Of a stretch of 64,000 nucleotides of DNA, positions 9,706 through 21,480 are shown one piece after another. Origin of the DNA: Podarcis vaucheri (taxonomy: Eukaryota). The position numbers were made by a program, and so were the translations under genes. The DNA lies in NCBI GenBank assembly GCA_965113315.1, contig OZ220369.1; one strand, given 5' to 3'. How positions within the stretch are numbered: position 1 is the stretch's first letter; every line of letters starts with the position of its first letter. A model generated the notes under the pieces. That model did no database searches and had not been told where the DNA came from. It was given only the letters and a program-made list of their open reading frames with translations.

Positions 9706-11282
9706 CTGCCTACTTGGAGGTCTCCAGCCTATGTTCCCAGTCAAACAGAAACAGATGTAACTGCTCTTACCAGCCATCAGGGGGAAGAAAGCATTGGGGG
9801 AGCAGCTCCCACCATGACTGCAGGAAAAAGCTTGTAGTTCCCTGGAGCTGGCTACTCCACATGCCCCCAGCTTTGATGTTTGTGAAAGCAACAGTGAAGA
9901 TTCTCTTCCGATTTATCTGTTGTGAGTGAGGCTCAGAGCCCATTTCTACAGACTGATAGCTGGTCTACCTTGGATGAAATCTGAACTTTACATGAGCTAT
10001 TAGCACCCTTTATGGTCTCTGTATTGGCTTGTTCTGCTGTCTGTTGGTTGTTGACCTTGGCTGCATGTGGATGATTTGACAGAAGGAGGTAAGTCCCGAA
10101 TTGGAGGCGGAGCTTTGTGGCTTCATAGAGTTCAGCTCCCATAACTGTACTCCAGAGCTTACAAATATCACTGTGAAGTGACAGACATGGCTCTTAACCT
10201 TTGTAGAACAGGCTGCATTCAAGCCACACAGTGTTTAGATGTGCATCAGCACACCCACAACCACCTCTCCATCCTCCATGGACAATTTCTAAAAAGATTT
10301 AAATGCACACCTGTGACAGAGGGTGTAGTGCAGAGACTTTTAAGGGAAGATGGATGAAGGAAAAGCCGATACAATGGAGAACACACAAGAGGATAACAAC
10401 TGGGTGGCATCATCATGTAGGTGTCCCATAATAAATGAGGGAACAATGTGTTATCTCTTCTAAATGTGCAAAACAAGTGCTGTTGGACTCTAGGGGAACT
10501 GCAAGTGTCTAACGTAGACAACTCCTGAATGTCTCTATTCCATTACTTATTTTGCTGTTCTTGTTCTCATGTTGCACTAGGCCAAACCATGGCTTACTGA
10601 GAGCAAAGAAGAACTCAAGTCCACTATGGTCTCCCTGCTACTTGCCTTACTCCTACTTTTGATGAGATGCTCTTTAGAAGGTGCCCCATGCAAACAGGAC
10701 CTCTCTGCAGCTAGAAACTTGGATTTTCAAAGGGATAAAATGGCTATCAAGAGCACTGGCCAGGCACCCAATACCCTGGTCCCAGGCTTCTTTGGGGAGA
10801 GGAGAGATATGGCCGTGACTACTTGAAACTAAACAAGCACATGCACAAGCCTGGCTAAGAACCAGTTTCCTTCAGAACCTCTAGGCTCCCAGTTTGGCAG
10901 AGCTCCAGGCAGTCCGTTCTGGCCAGAAAGAAGAGACTCTGTCTGAAGTTTTGGCTTCCTGTTTCCTTCAAGGGGTTGAAGGGAGTTTCCGAACCTGTAT
11001 TTTTTTGGGCAGTTTGTATATCATGGTTCCCTCTTAAAGAATAGATGTCGCTTGATAAGTGGTATGTTCTATGGCACGTGCCTTTGTTTGTCCTGCTTGT
11101 AACCCTAAAGGGACTCAAGGAGGCAGGTGACTAGAGAGAGAATGTTTAACACTGTTTGGGGTCTCATCACCCACACTTGTAGGGATCAAGACATTTGCCC
11201 CCTTTTAAGGGGACGGGAAGAAATTCACTTAGACAGTTAACCTTTCAACTCTTAGCTCTGGCACTACCGGAATCTCTTAGAC

Positions 11283-11413
11283 CAGGCTTCCTCAACCTTG
11301 GCCCTCCAGATGTTTTTGGCCTACAATTCCCATGATCCCTAGTTAGCAGGACCAGTGGTCAGGGATGATGGGAATTGTAGTCTCAAAATATCTGGAGGGC
11401 CGAGGTTGAGGGG
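11283..11413. mobile_element. Palindromic hAT-like MITE
   Basis: cctcaaccttggccctccagatgtttt ... aaaatatctggagggccgaggttgagg. Decayed relatives near 1430-1545, 36540, 46690, 52070-52190, 54380-54480 and 59770-59880. Confidence 0.75.
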
Positions 11414-14184
11414 CCCTCCTTTCTATTCCTCCACCCAAACTGAATTGGGTATGTCAGGTTTTAATTTCAACAGTAATTGCCAGCTAAATGATGTTTGTTT
11501 TGGTGGGGTGGTCATAAGCCTCACTCATTAACTTCCCCCTTACACCAGATAATATAAGGCAAATGATATTAAGCCTCACTTAAGAAGCTGGCATAATAAC
11601 CTTCCCATGCACAGACAGAAAGAAGTGGCACACAAGCCTTGAAAAAATGTGGGGCAGGATAGGACCCAGAAGGATTTCAGGGTGACTGGAGACACTGGCC
11701 TTGGAGATGCTGTGTGCGTGAAATCCCAACACAGTTGATGATGTGGATACAAAAAACAGATGTCACATTCCTAACTTTCAACAGATGGGAAGAGGGAAGA
11801 CCCTGGGCTGGCACAGGCTCTCTTTGGGGCATGTGGACCCAGAAGCCTTGCCTTCTTTTCCCACTCCCTAGATGCAGGATGGCTTCCTTCCCCCAACACC
11901 CTTTCTCATCCCCTCATCCACTGCATTCCAGGCAACTTCCTGCCCAGCCCCCCCCCCCGCCTGCAGGAAAACATCTGGCTCCAATTAGAGCAGCAGGAGG
12001 AGGAGAGGACGGGCTATTTTTATCAAGCCAAACTAGGGAGGAGTGGGATAAAGAGCAAAAGGAGCAGGGAGGAAGGGGTGTGTGCCTTGAGCCCTTTTTG
12101 TCCCAGGACCAATGACCCCAAATGTCCTACCAGGGGCCAGATGCTGTCAGGGGTGGGGTTTGTTTTCTTGGATGGAAGAATTGGTGGCTTTCCCTAATTG
12201 CAAAATAAACTCTTTAAGTATCTGATTTTCAGCTGTGCTTGTCCCTGCTCTGCACTGCCCATTCCCAGCCCAGACAGATTTACTCTGCTCTCACTCTCCA
12301 CCCCTCCCACATCACCAGTGCTGTGTCTCTGGGGGAAAGCATGCAGCTACTGGACAGAGGCTTTGACCCTGGGAAGCCAACCTCAACCTGACGACCCCCT
12401 CGCCCTTCCCACCAGCCTGTTATGTTTTCCAAGATTGAGTCAAGGGACAGGTGGGGGTGGGGAGGAGGTTTGTGGGAACCAAGAAGAGGGCTCCCAAACA
12501 AGGAAGGTCAGTAAGGGCCTTCAAGTAGCATGGGTACAAAAAACTCTTCTTCCAATAACACAGGGAAGGTCTGGTGCAGAGGAGAACCAGCCTTTTTCAG
12601 GAAAAGACTAGACATCCTTCATGTTGGCTGGTCTGTGCGTGTGTAGATGGGGACAGAGAGAAAGTTAAAGGAAGTTATACTACCAAAATATGCTTGGAAC
12701 ATGGCCAAGAGTCTCTCAGACTCACCCGCCCTCTCAAACCTCCCATCTGGCTCCTTCCTGTGCATTAGGGGGCTTAGAGAGAGAGGCATTGGCAAAGCAT
12801 CTCAACCAAAAGAGGTTCCACCAGGGGTAGAGGAAAGCTAGCCTTCCTGCCTGCTTCCCCCATTTTCCTTGTTACCCAGGTAAAATTAGGCAGAGGACCA
12901 GAGGTGAGACCACAAGGCAAGTTGTGGAAAACTGGAATGATGTTTATGAAAGATAAGGCACATTTTTACACAAAAGTTTACCGGCCTGTTAAAAACCAAG
13001 GTCCTGTATACAACATGGGTCTGTGCAAAGTTGAAAGAGTCCCCCTCTGGGGTACATGGGCACCAGGCACAAAGCCTCACAGGACCAGTGGGAGGGTTGC
13101 TAATCCCCCCTTTTTTCCATCCGGGGAAAGAGCCATAAAGGCAACTGGACAATGCTGCTGCTTGATAATACTTAGCCAAACCACACTCTGTTTGTGGGAT
13201 GAGAGGAGTCAGGCAGCAAAGGATATGCTGGGGTCATCCCCAAGCTGCCTCCCTGCAGGATGCGCCCCAGTTGTGCATCAACCTGGCTGAAGGTGGGATG
13301 AGATGAAGTGCTGCACCCTGAGAATTCACTGGGAGTTTCCCGGTAGTGTGGAAAAATACTGAAGTTGGCACTTACCTGTTCCCTATGCAACTCCTTGAAA
13401 TAATAAGCACCATTTGGGAGGGGTAGGAGAAAAACAGGCTTCCAACACAGCCAGGAAAAAGGGAGATACAGAACTTTGTCACAGTTGATATGTCTCCCTT
13501 GGTATGTGGTTGTGTGTAAGCACAGGTGGGTCGAAGGTCCTTGCAGTCTATTCCCTCCAACCCATCCCTTTAGAGGTACCTGGACAGGTGCAACAAGACC
13601 CCCCCCCCTACTGCCACCACAATCCTCCCCAAGAGCACCTTATTCCTTTTTTGCCTACTAAATCAGTTAAGCACAATGCAAGCTAGAGTCCTGCTTGCAA
13701 GTACTGACTTTGGTCTGTTCAGGCTGGTGAACTGCAACCCCCGTACCTTTCTGTTACTGCAGTGGGCACTGCTACACCACTTTCCATGTTCCCTACACAT
13801 GTCCATTGTGAAAATCAGGAATAGTCCTCACACATAAACAAAGGAACTGGCATTAGTTCTGTGTGCTCCTTTACTTTGGCTGCACTGCCTTCCCTCTCAA
13901 GTTCCCAGGAGGAAAAGGAGCAGAGTCCTTGAATTTGCTGTCCAACAGTTTAACTAACTCATCTTGGTCCTTCTTTCCATTTTATCACTGTCACTTGATC
14001 CTCTCTCACCCCTGTGCAATACCGCTGCCTCTTATCTGGCATCAGGGCAGGTCTCGCAATGTTTGAGATACTGGCTGGGTGAAGTGATTAACCATAAATC
14101 CCTTGGGGTGAGACAAGGGGGTTCAAGAGTTCAGTAGCAGTCCACCCTGCCCAGGTGAGGAATGTGACCATGGCCAACCATGGG

Positions 14185-14609
14185 TCAATAGTAATGGACT
14201 CTGCCAATGGTGCCAGTGCCTGTGCCCAGGATGTCAGGCTGCCCGTTGCGCCAGATCTCCCGGAGAATGCGTTCCCGCTCCTCCAGCCGCTGGGCACGCT
14301 CCAGCTCTTCTGCCGAGGCAAAGACGTTGACCGTGAGGGTCCCATCAGGGGTGGAGTGGGCCTCCAGCGGCAGCTCCGTCATAGCCAAGGGGGGCTCAGA
14401 AGCCGCTTGGTCAATGGTGTCTTCCTCCTCCTCATCTTCATCATCATCCTCCTCGTCCTCATCTTCACTGAAGTCGCGTAGGCTTTTCCGGGGCTTGCGG
14501 GGGATGGCCTGAGGCTGCCATGAGATGTGGATGACCAGCAGGCAGAGGGTCAAGACAAGGCCAAAGCAGACCCCCAGCACGAAATAAAGGCCAAAGCTCT
14601 CAGGGTGAT
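14185..14609 (-). CDS. EVA1B: EVA1B (FAM176B) last coding exon: TM helix, acidic tract, C-terminal domain
   Basis: (D)HPESFGLYFVLGVCFGLVLTLCLLVI...NVFASAEELERAQRLEERERILREIWRNGQPDILGTGTGTIGRVHYY*; ctctcatctag acceptor. Confidence 0.95.
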
Positions 14610-15368
14610 CTAGATGAGAGAGACATGGAGGGGAGGGTCAGAAATAGGCTGGGAAGACCACAGAGAAGACCAGCTTTTGAGATTCAAATGGTAGTGAAGG
14701 GGACAGAAATGGTTAAGAGCTGGGGCTCCAACAGACTCTGTAGACATTAGGCGGTAATAAACTGAGTTGATTTGCCATTTCTTTGTGGATGCTGGAATTT
14801 TAGTAGCCAAACACTGAAATACACCAGAGATTTAAACTATTGTGCAGCTGGAGGTGAAGGGCTGTTCAGTACTAAATGCTTAAAACTTAGATAAATACTA
14901 TGGTGGAGGGAAAGTAGAATTACGTATATAGAAAATTTAGGGATACAGTTTCTTCTGTGTGAAATAAAGAAATGGCCTTTGAATAGCTGGGATGTAATGA
15001 GGGAATACGGAAGTGGGTACAGGAAGAAGGCAATTAATTTGACATTGTAGTCTTTCGCTGAGGTTTCTTAAATGGTTACCAGAGTATTATTTATTTATTT
15101 CACATTGTAAATGCTCGGTTTCAGGCGTTTGTGAATTGCACATCAAGGGATAGATAGCCTTCATCCTCAATGACACAGCTCTATACGAATTAGTTTATGA
15201 ATGAATGAATGGAAGAGCACGGTGTTGAATGCCTCCCACTGTTTTCCATTATGAAGTCAAGGAGGTATCCTAAATCACACTGCACTGTATGGAGCAATAT
15301 AACTTTTATAATGTTAAGTTGACCAAGAGGGTTCCTGAACTTGAAATGCAGTGGACTATATTGGCTTC

Positions 15369-15416
15369 TGGTCCATGGGGTCACGAAGAGTCAGACACGA
15401 CTAAACAACAACAACA
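15369..15416 (+). mobile_element. Bov-B/RTE LINE extreme 3' tail
   Basis: GTCCATGGGGTCACGAAGAGTCAGACACGACTAAACAACAACAAC. Confidence 0.75.
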
Positions 15417-15681
15417 TATTGGCTTCTGAGAGAAGAAATCCAAAGGCTGGTGGCTAAATTGGCTGGTCAGTTCATAAATGCAGGTAAACCAGACTCCCTT
15501 CTGGGGATGGGAAGGAAGGAGGTTGATCTGCCATTTTGAAACAGGAGGAAGATCCTCCATCCACATCCCAAGATAATGTGCTGAGGACGGATAGTGGGAA
15601 CAAGATGCCACCTCTGGCCAAGTGCCAGAGACTGCCATTGCTCACATATATGTCCGCCCCTGCCCCCATTTCCTGACCCAC

Positions 15682-15748
15682 CTCGGATGTGTGCATAGGC
15701 TGCCATGCTGTTGCTCAGCAGCTCCATCTCCCGCTTGTGGGTCTCCAT
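15682..15748 (-). CDS. EVA1B: EVA1B first coding exon (exon begins 15767)
   Basis: gccaccATGG Kozak; METHKREMELLSNSMAAYAHIR; G|gtgggt phase 1. Joined CDS 492 nt, 163 aa. Confidence 0.95.
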
Positions 15749-15949
15749 GGTGGCTCCTCAGTGGCACCTGGGAAGACAGGGAGGAGGGGTCGTTATTAGC
15801 ATATTACTCCTGCCCAATTCCTTAGAATTAGGAGACATGGTTCATCTAATGATTCATTCAGACAGGAGGCAGCTTGACTGGAAAGAGGACTAAATGACAG
15901 GGTGTCCATGAAGAATTGCAGAAAACATCAGGCTAAGGGCCTTCAGAAA

Positions 15950-16560
15950 GAACACAGAGGACCTTCTATCAATATCCCTGCTGAGGAGCAAGGACAGAAT
16001 TGTTTGTGGTCTGAGATAGGACAGTGTCACCAATGGTCTTCAGAATCGTATTCACAAACATTGGCATCTCAAGATAGCGTTCTATGTTTAGAGAGCAAAC
16101 CTTTAATCACAAAAGAACAAGGAACTTAAAGCACTGGTTGGTCCGCAGCGACTCTAATGTAAAATCCACCATAGTCCATTATCTTGGGAATATCTAAGCT
16201 CTCTGGCCACCATCCCTGCAGACACTGCATTCACTGTAATCATACAAGTAAATTTTACATGTTCACAAATCCAACAGTTTATACCAGCCAATATTTCTCC
16301 ATGTGCAGTAGCAGTTATGTAGAATATGCCACTTGGTGTGCATGCAGGAAACTGTATGTGGGTCAAACACAAAGACCACTACAAATGAGCACCTCAGTAA
16401 CATGTGGGATAAAAACAAGATACACTGCCCCCACTGTGAATCATTTCTTAGAACCAGGTCACATAAAGCTGAATGCACACAAGTTAAATGCATGTGGGTT
16501 GCAGGTCTACTAAGATGCCTCCAACAAAGGAATTTCTCTAAAATGGGTCGGGCTTTTAAT
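15950..16560 (+). mobile_element. Degenerate Penelope-like (Neptune-type) linker and GIY-YIG endonuclease fragment in EVA1B intron 1
   Basis: KRTRNL..WLVRSD linker, HHPCRHCIHC Cys cluster, CSSSYVEYATWCACRKLYVGQTQRPL (GIY-YIG); frameshifts and stops present. Confidence 0.7.
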
Positions 16561-18029
16561 AAATTGATTGTGGCACTCCTGAGAACTCCTCTCTCTTGGT
16601 TTTGCTCACACTGTGGGGTGCACAGCCCCAGAACTCTTAAGCTTAAAGGGCAAACAGCTGAGATAGTTTTAAATTGCCAAATAAAAGAAACCTTGGGGGC
16701 TTGACTGTGCCAAACAACTGCCCCCCCATTAATTAGCAAAACAGCTGCCTTGCTTCCCTCAGGCCCCCAGGCCAGTCATGGGGTTGCTGGACAGGACAGC
16801 CTCTCAGGCTACAAAGTCCTGTGACAGTCATCCCTCCCAGGGGGCCTCTTCCGACATGCGTCACACACCACACCCCGGGCAAGCTTGGATGGAGGCATCT
16901 GTCAGTGACTCTGCAAGCTGAAAAGAGGGGCGCCAAAGGATACAAAGAATTTCCTGTGGCATTTAATCCTCTCAATGACCCAGACCTTTTAAGTTTCATG
17001 CCTGAACAGGGTTTGAACCCAAGTTTCTCCGTACCCAAACCCAATACATTATTCACACTGCCTTGTCATGCACCGAGGCCCAATGTTTAATTTACAGTTG
17101 TGCATGACCCTGGGAACAGAGTCCCAGCAAATGTTTCCTCTCTTCCCCCATCCCTTAAGCCCCCCACCCCCAGGGCACTTCCTGCCACTGTCACAGGAAA
17201 AGATGCATCCTCAGCGGTGGGAAGATGGCTTGTTGTTTGGAGACCGGATGTTGCCTCTTCCTCTACCCCCACCCAGCAACAGCCGCACTCAGGAGTCTTC
17301 CAGGTCAAGGCTATTTCTGGCAGGTTGAAAGGATGTGGCAAAGGGTCCAGAGGACACACTCCAGGGTGGACAGAACAAGGGCCAGGGAAGAAGCTGATAG
17401 TCATAGAATTGTAGATGCTGCAAGGAACCCTGAGTATAATCTAGTCCAACCCCTTGCAATGCAGGAATATGTGGCTGTCCCATACGGGGATCAAACCTGC
17501 AATCAGAGCAGAAAGGTCTTGGGGACAGAAGGGCAGGTTGGGTCTGAGACTCTCAGGTTCAAACTAGATCTGAGTCAAAAGCTTTGAAGATTCTCAAGCT
17601 GCATGTGAACACAAATTTTCACCACTATTACTACCCACAGCACTGACTCCTTAAACAGGGCCTTGGGCAAATAATTATTCCTGGCCCCCACTTCCACTGA
17701 ATAATAGATAGAAAGCACCCCACCCCCATTCAGGACAACATGCTGGATTGGATGCCCCCTTGAGCAATGAGCAGCTCACAGCCACCCATTTTCAGGAGCC
17801 ATCCAGGCAGATGCCAGCCTCATCTGCAAACAGAACTCTCCCCCCTCACCCCACAAGCTTTTCATGAGTCCAAGATTTCCTAAAGCTCTGAGCGACCCTT
17901 TGATGAGAGCCAGGCAGCTGGGCTGGGCAGCAGGCCAGAGAAGAAAGAGGGGAGTTGTTTTTGGGGAAAAATTACCTCCTCTTCTGAACATGCTAAGGAT
18001 AAACCATGCAAAGTTATGGGCCCCAAACA

Positions 18030-18287
18030 TAACAACATAAGACCAGCCTGCAGGATCAGGCCCATGGCCCATCTAGTCCAGCATCCTGTTCTCACAGTGG
18101 CCAATCAGATGCCCTAAAGGGGAAACAGCAACCAGGATTTTTCCAGTGGTTTCCAGCAACTGGTATTCAGAAGCATTGCTGCCTCTGACTGGTCGTGGCT
18201 AGTAGCTATCATGGTTGTTAGTCAACAATAGCCCTCTCCTCCGTGAATTTGTCTAAACCGCTTTAAGAGTTATCTAGCTTGGTGACT
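18030..18287 (-). mobile_element. CR1 LINE 3' end fragment
   Basis: aacataagaccagcctgcaggatcaggcccatggcccatctagtccagcatcctgttctcacagtggcc; similar copies at 27890 and 61850. Confidence 0.75.
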
Positions 18288-18640
18288 GGGACGCGGGTGG
18301 CACTGTGGGTTAAACCACAGAACCTAGGACTTGCTGATCAGAAGGTCAGCAGTTCGAATCCCCGGAATGGGGTGAGTTCCCGTTGCTCGGTCCCAGCTCC
18401 TGCCAACTTAGCAGTTCAAAAGCACGTCAAAGTGCAAGTAGATAAATAGGTACCGCTCCAGCAGGAAGGGAAACGGCGTTTCCGTGCATTGCTCTGGTTC
18501 GCCAGAAGCGGCTTAGTCATGCTGGCCACATGACCCGGAAGCTGTACGCCAGCTCCCTCGGCCAATAAAGCGAGATGAGCACCGCAACCCCAGAGTCGGT
18601 CACGACTGGACCTAATGGTCAGGGGTCCCTTTACCTTTAC
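18288..18640 (+). mobile_element. Full-length Sauria SINE nested in a CR1 fragment
   Basis: tRNA-like head (GGTGGCACTGTGG; GTTCGAATCC B box), (ACCTTT)n tail, TSD CTAGCTTG[G/T]TGACT at 18274-18287 and 18641-18654. Confidence 0.93.
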
Positions 18641-20359
18641 CTAGCTTGTTGACTACCACTGCCTTGTTGATCTGGGGTGTGAGTTTGGTCACTTCTGCTG
18701 GGAAGGAGAGCACCTCCTCTTGTTACCTCCCACTGTTCATCTCTACAAGGAATGCAGAGAAGGTCCTGCATCAGGGGTCTGTTCAGCTCCTACCAAACTG
18801 GCTAAGCAGTATTTCCACATAAGTCGGGGATAACAACCAAGTTGTAAGGGAGGGAACAAGGGGGTGTTGCTGCTAACTTTCATCAAAGGTAAGAACTGCC
18901 TCTTCTCATTTGTCTGTGATGTTGGAAAATACGCACACACACCTCGACCAACCCCATGGCAGTACAGCAGGGATGCAATGGGAAACGGAGTCTAAAAACC
19001 ACTTGCAAAAATATCTGTAAAATTCGGAAATGAAAATGAGACATTTGGGCACAGAGGATGAAACCCTTAAAAAAACCCCAAAAATGCAGAAAAACAGACG
19101 TGTGCCATTGATCACTAACTGGAGTGCAACACACACATATTGGAGTGTGGGTAGCAAAGGGGTCCCCCCATGACCTGTTTTTCATCTGTTTTAGCTAATA
19201 AGCATAGAGATAAATGCTTCCATAATCTGATCAAAATAATCTGAGATAACGGAATAATTTTAAAAATAGAGATTTCTGTTATGAAACCAATCTCACCAAC
19301 AAAACCCAGCTTTGTCCTATTTTTTTCAAATATCAAGCAGGGGAGAATAAAGAAAAAAGAAAGAAAAAGATTGCAGAGGAACCTTTTGTGAGTAGGGAAA
19401 GCAATTTAGAAGGTGCCTCAGATTCTCTCCCGCCCCCGCTGGTATGTTCTGGGGAACTCTCCTAGATGCTTTTTTTTCTGGAGGGTGAATGAATTTCAAA
19501 GAGGGACCAGGCAGTTCCTCCTCCAGTTGAGCCTGAAATTAAAATGGAAACTGGCTTGGCTTGGTTGGAGTCTCTCCTGTGCTGACCAAATTGCCCAATG
19601 ATGCCTGGCCTGTTGCAGCAGGAAGCCAAGAGTGCAGGAATGCAGGGGAGGGAGGGAGGGAGGGGGCGGGGAGAAAGGGGAACCAGCAGAAGCCAGACAC
19701 AGATGCAGCTTCAGGCACAGTCCTGGTGCTCAATGTTGCTTTAAGCGCATCTCTGGGAATGTGCTAGCTAATAACAAAGGCAATAATACCCAAAAGCATG
19801 CACAGAGAGCATCCCTCACATTGAGGAAACATTGCCTCTTATTTGGAGGAGAGCAAATCTAGAAAGTTGGGTGGTTTTTTGGGGGGTGGGGGGAGACTTT
19901 GTGAATATGTTACGGTGAACTGCAGCTTTGGCTGAAGACATAATGTTAGTAGGGACTGGAAAAGGCTCCGTGAAATGGGATTTTCCACAGAGCATTAAAG
20001 ATGTAGAAACTGATCTCACCCAGAAACAACAGGATATTAAGATGTCACTGGGGGACTTGACTGGAGATACAAGTCGTTGGCAAGACTCAGCTTAGAATTT
20101 AATAATAAATTCTGTCTCTGAGCATGGGCAGAGTGCTCTTGCATCCACAGCAAGCCCCCTCCTCCAATTTGGGATAAGAGAGGACCCTCCAAGGGCAGAG
20201 GTGATAGCTAGCCAGGTCTGCTTTGTGAAATTAAGAGCCGTTACCCCATCCATTGGTGAAAGTGAGCTATGAAGGTTCAGGAGCTACGTCTGAGTAGGTT
20301 ATTCATGCCACTACAGTAAAGGATGTGTGGAAGAGGCCAGAGATAGAACCAACAGGTCT

Positions 20360-20512
20360 GTCCCTAGAGGTGGACTCTCCTTCGCTGGAAGTTTTAAAGC
20401 AGAGGTTGGATGGCCATCTGCCAGATTCTTTAGCTGTGATTCCCACATTGCAAGGGGTTGGACTAGATGACTCTTTAGAGTCCCTTCCAACTCTACAATT
20501 CTTTGATTCTAG
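20360..20512 (+). mobile_element. CR1 LINE 3' end
   Basis: gtggactctccttcgctggaagttttaaagcagaggttggatggcc...gtcccttccaactctacaattctttgattct. Confidence 0.8.
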
Positions 20513-21201
20513 GAACAAGCACAACTTCTTCTAAAGGAACAGTTGCCAGAGTAGAATCGGACTGGAATCCCAAGGCTTGTTCACCCACTATTTCCACTGA
20601 GAAGCTCCTTCCACAAAGCTCCTTCTATCAGCCCATCCTTCCCAAATGGCACAGGGACAAGATCCCCACTCAGGCATCACCCAAAAAGGATGAGATGCAG
20701 CACCAAAAGAGGGGCAAAGAGGATGCAATTGCACAAAATTTGGATGCACTAATTCACGAAAGCTTGCAAGTATTTACTGTGCTTTCGATGGAAATACAGT
20801 ACATCTCACCCTGGCAGGGAAGTTTGTCAGGCAACCTGTGGCCCTGTGCTTGGTCTGCTATCCAAGTGCATAGATGTAGATGGGCAACTTCCAGCTCTCC
20901 TTTCTGAAAAGTTTGCTATCTTCAAAGCAGATTTGAATGGGACCGTTACAAAGCGGCTCATGCAAATAGCAGCCACAGAATCCAGCTATCAGACCAACAT
21001 TGAGAAAGGGTGCCAGGCTTACCGAGCGCAGGGTCTGTCCGAATTCAAGGCTGCTGCTCTGCCTCCATTGCAGTCCTTGTCAGAAGAAAGGAGCCTCTGA
21101 GAAGGAGGGGAGAAAGGGAGCCCCCCCCCCTTGAGCGGGATCTTACAGAGCAGCAGCAGACTGGCCTCTGGACTGAGCGGCTAATGGAAACTGCCGCTCA
21201 C

Positions 21202-21480
21202 TTCCGTGCAGCTGGAAGCGCACAAATGTCAGGACCGGCCTGGCTCCCTTTGGACAGTGAACCCGCCCCCTCCCCTGGAGCAGGAAGCCTGGGCTGGACA
21301 CACGGACGGACACACACACACCCAGGGACACACAGAGGGAGGAGAAGAGAAGGCCTCCTGTTTCTCTGCGTTCCGGGGAGGAGCAGCCCCCGGGCAGCAG
21401 AGGGCCAGGCAGCAAGGAGGAGAGGCTTGCAAGGGCCAATGGACTGCAAAATCCTTTGCGAAAGGAGCTGTCCCTGTGCC
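21202..21480 (-). promoter_or_regulatory. EVA1B: Probable EVA1B promoter and non-coding first exon (approximate)
   Basis: GC-rich patch with GC boxes and a minus-strand GGAA|GTGAGC donor near 21202. EVA1B needs an upstream exon because its ATG exon starts with an acceptor. Confidence 0.4.
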
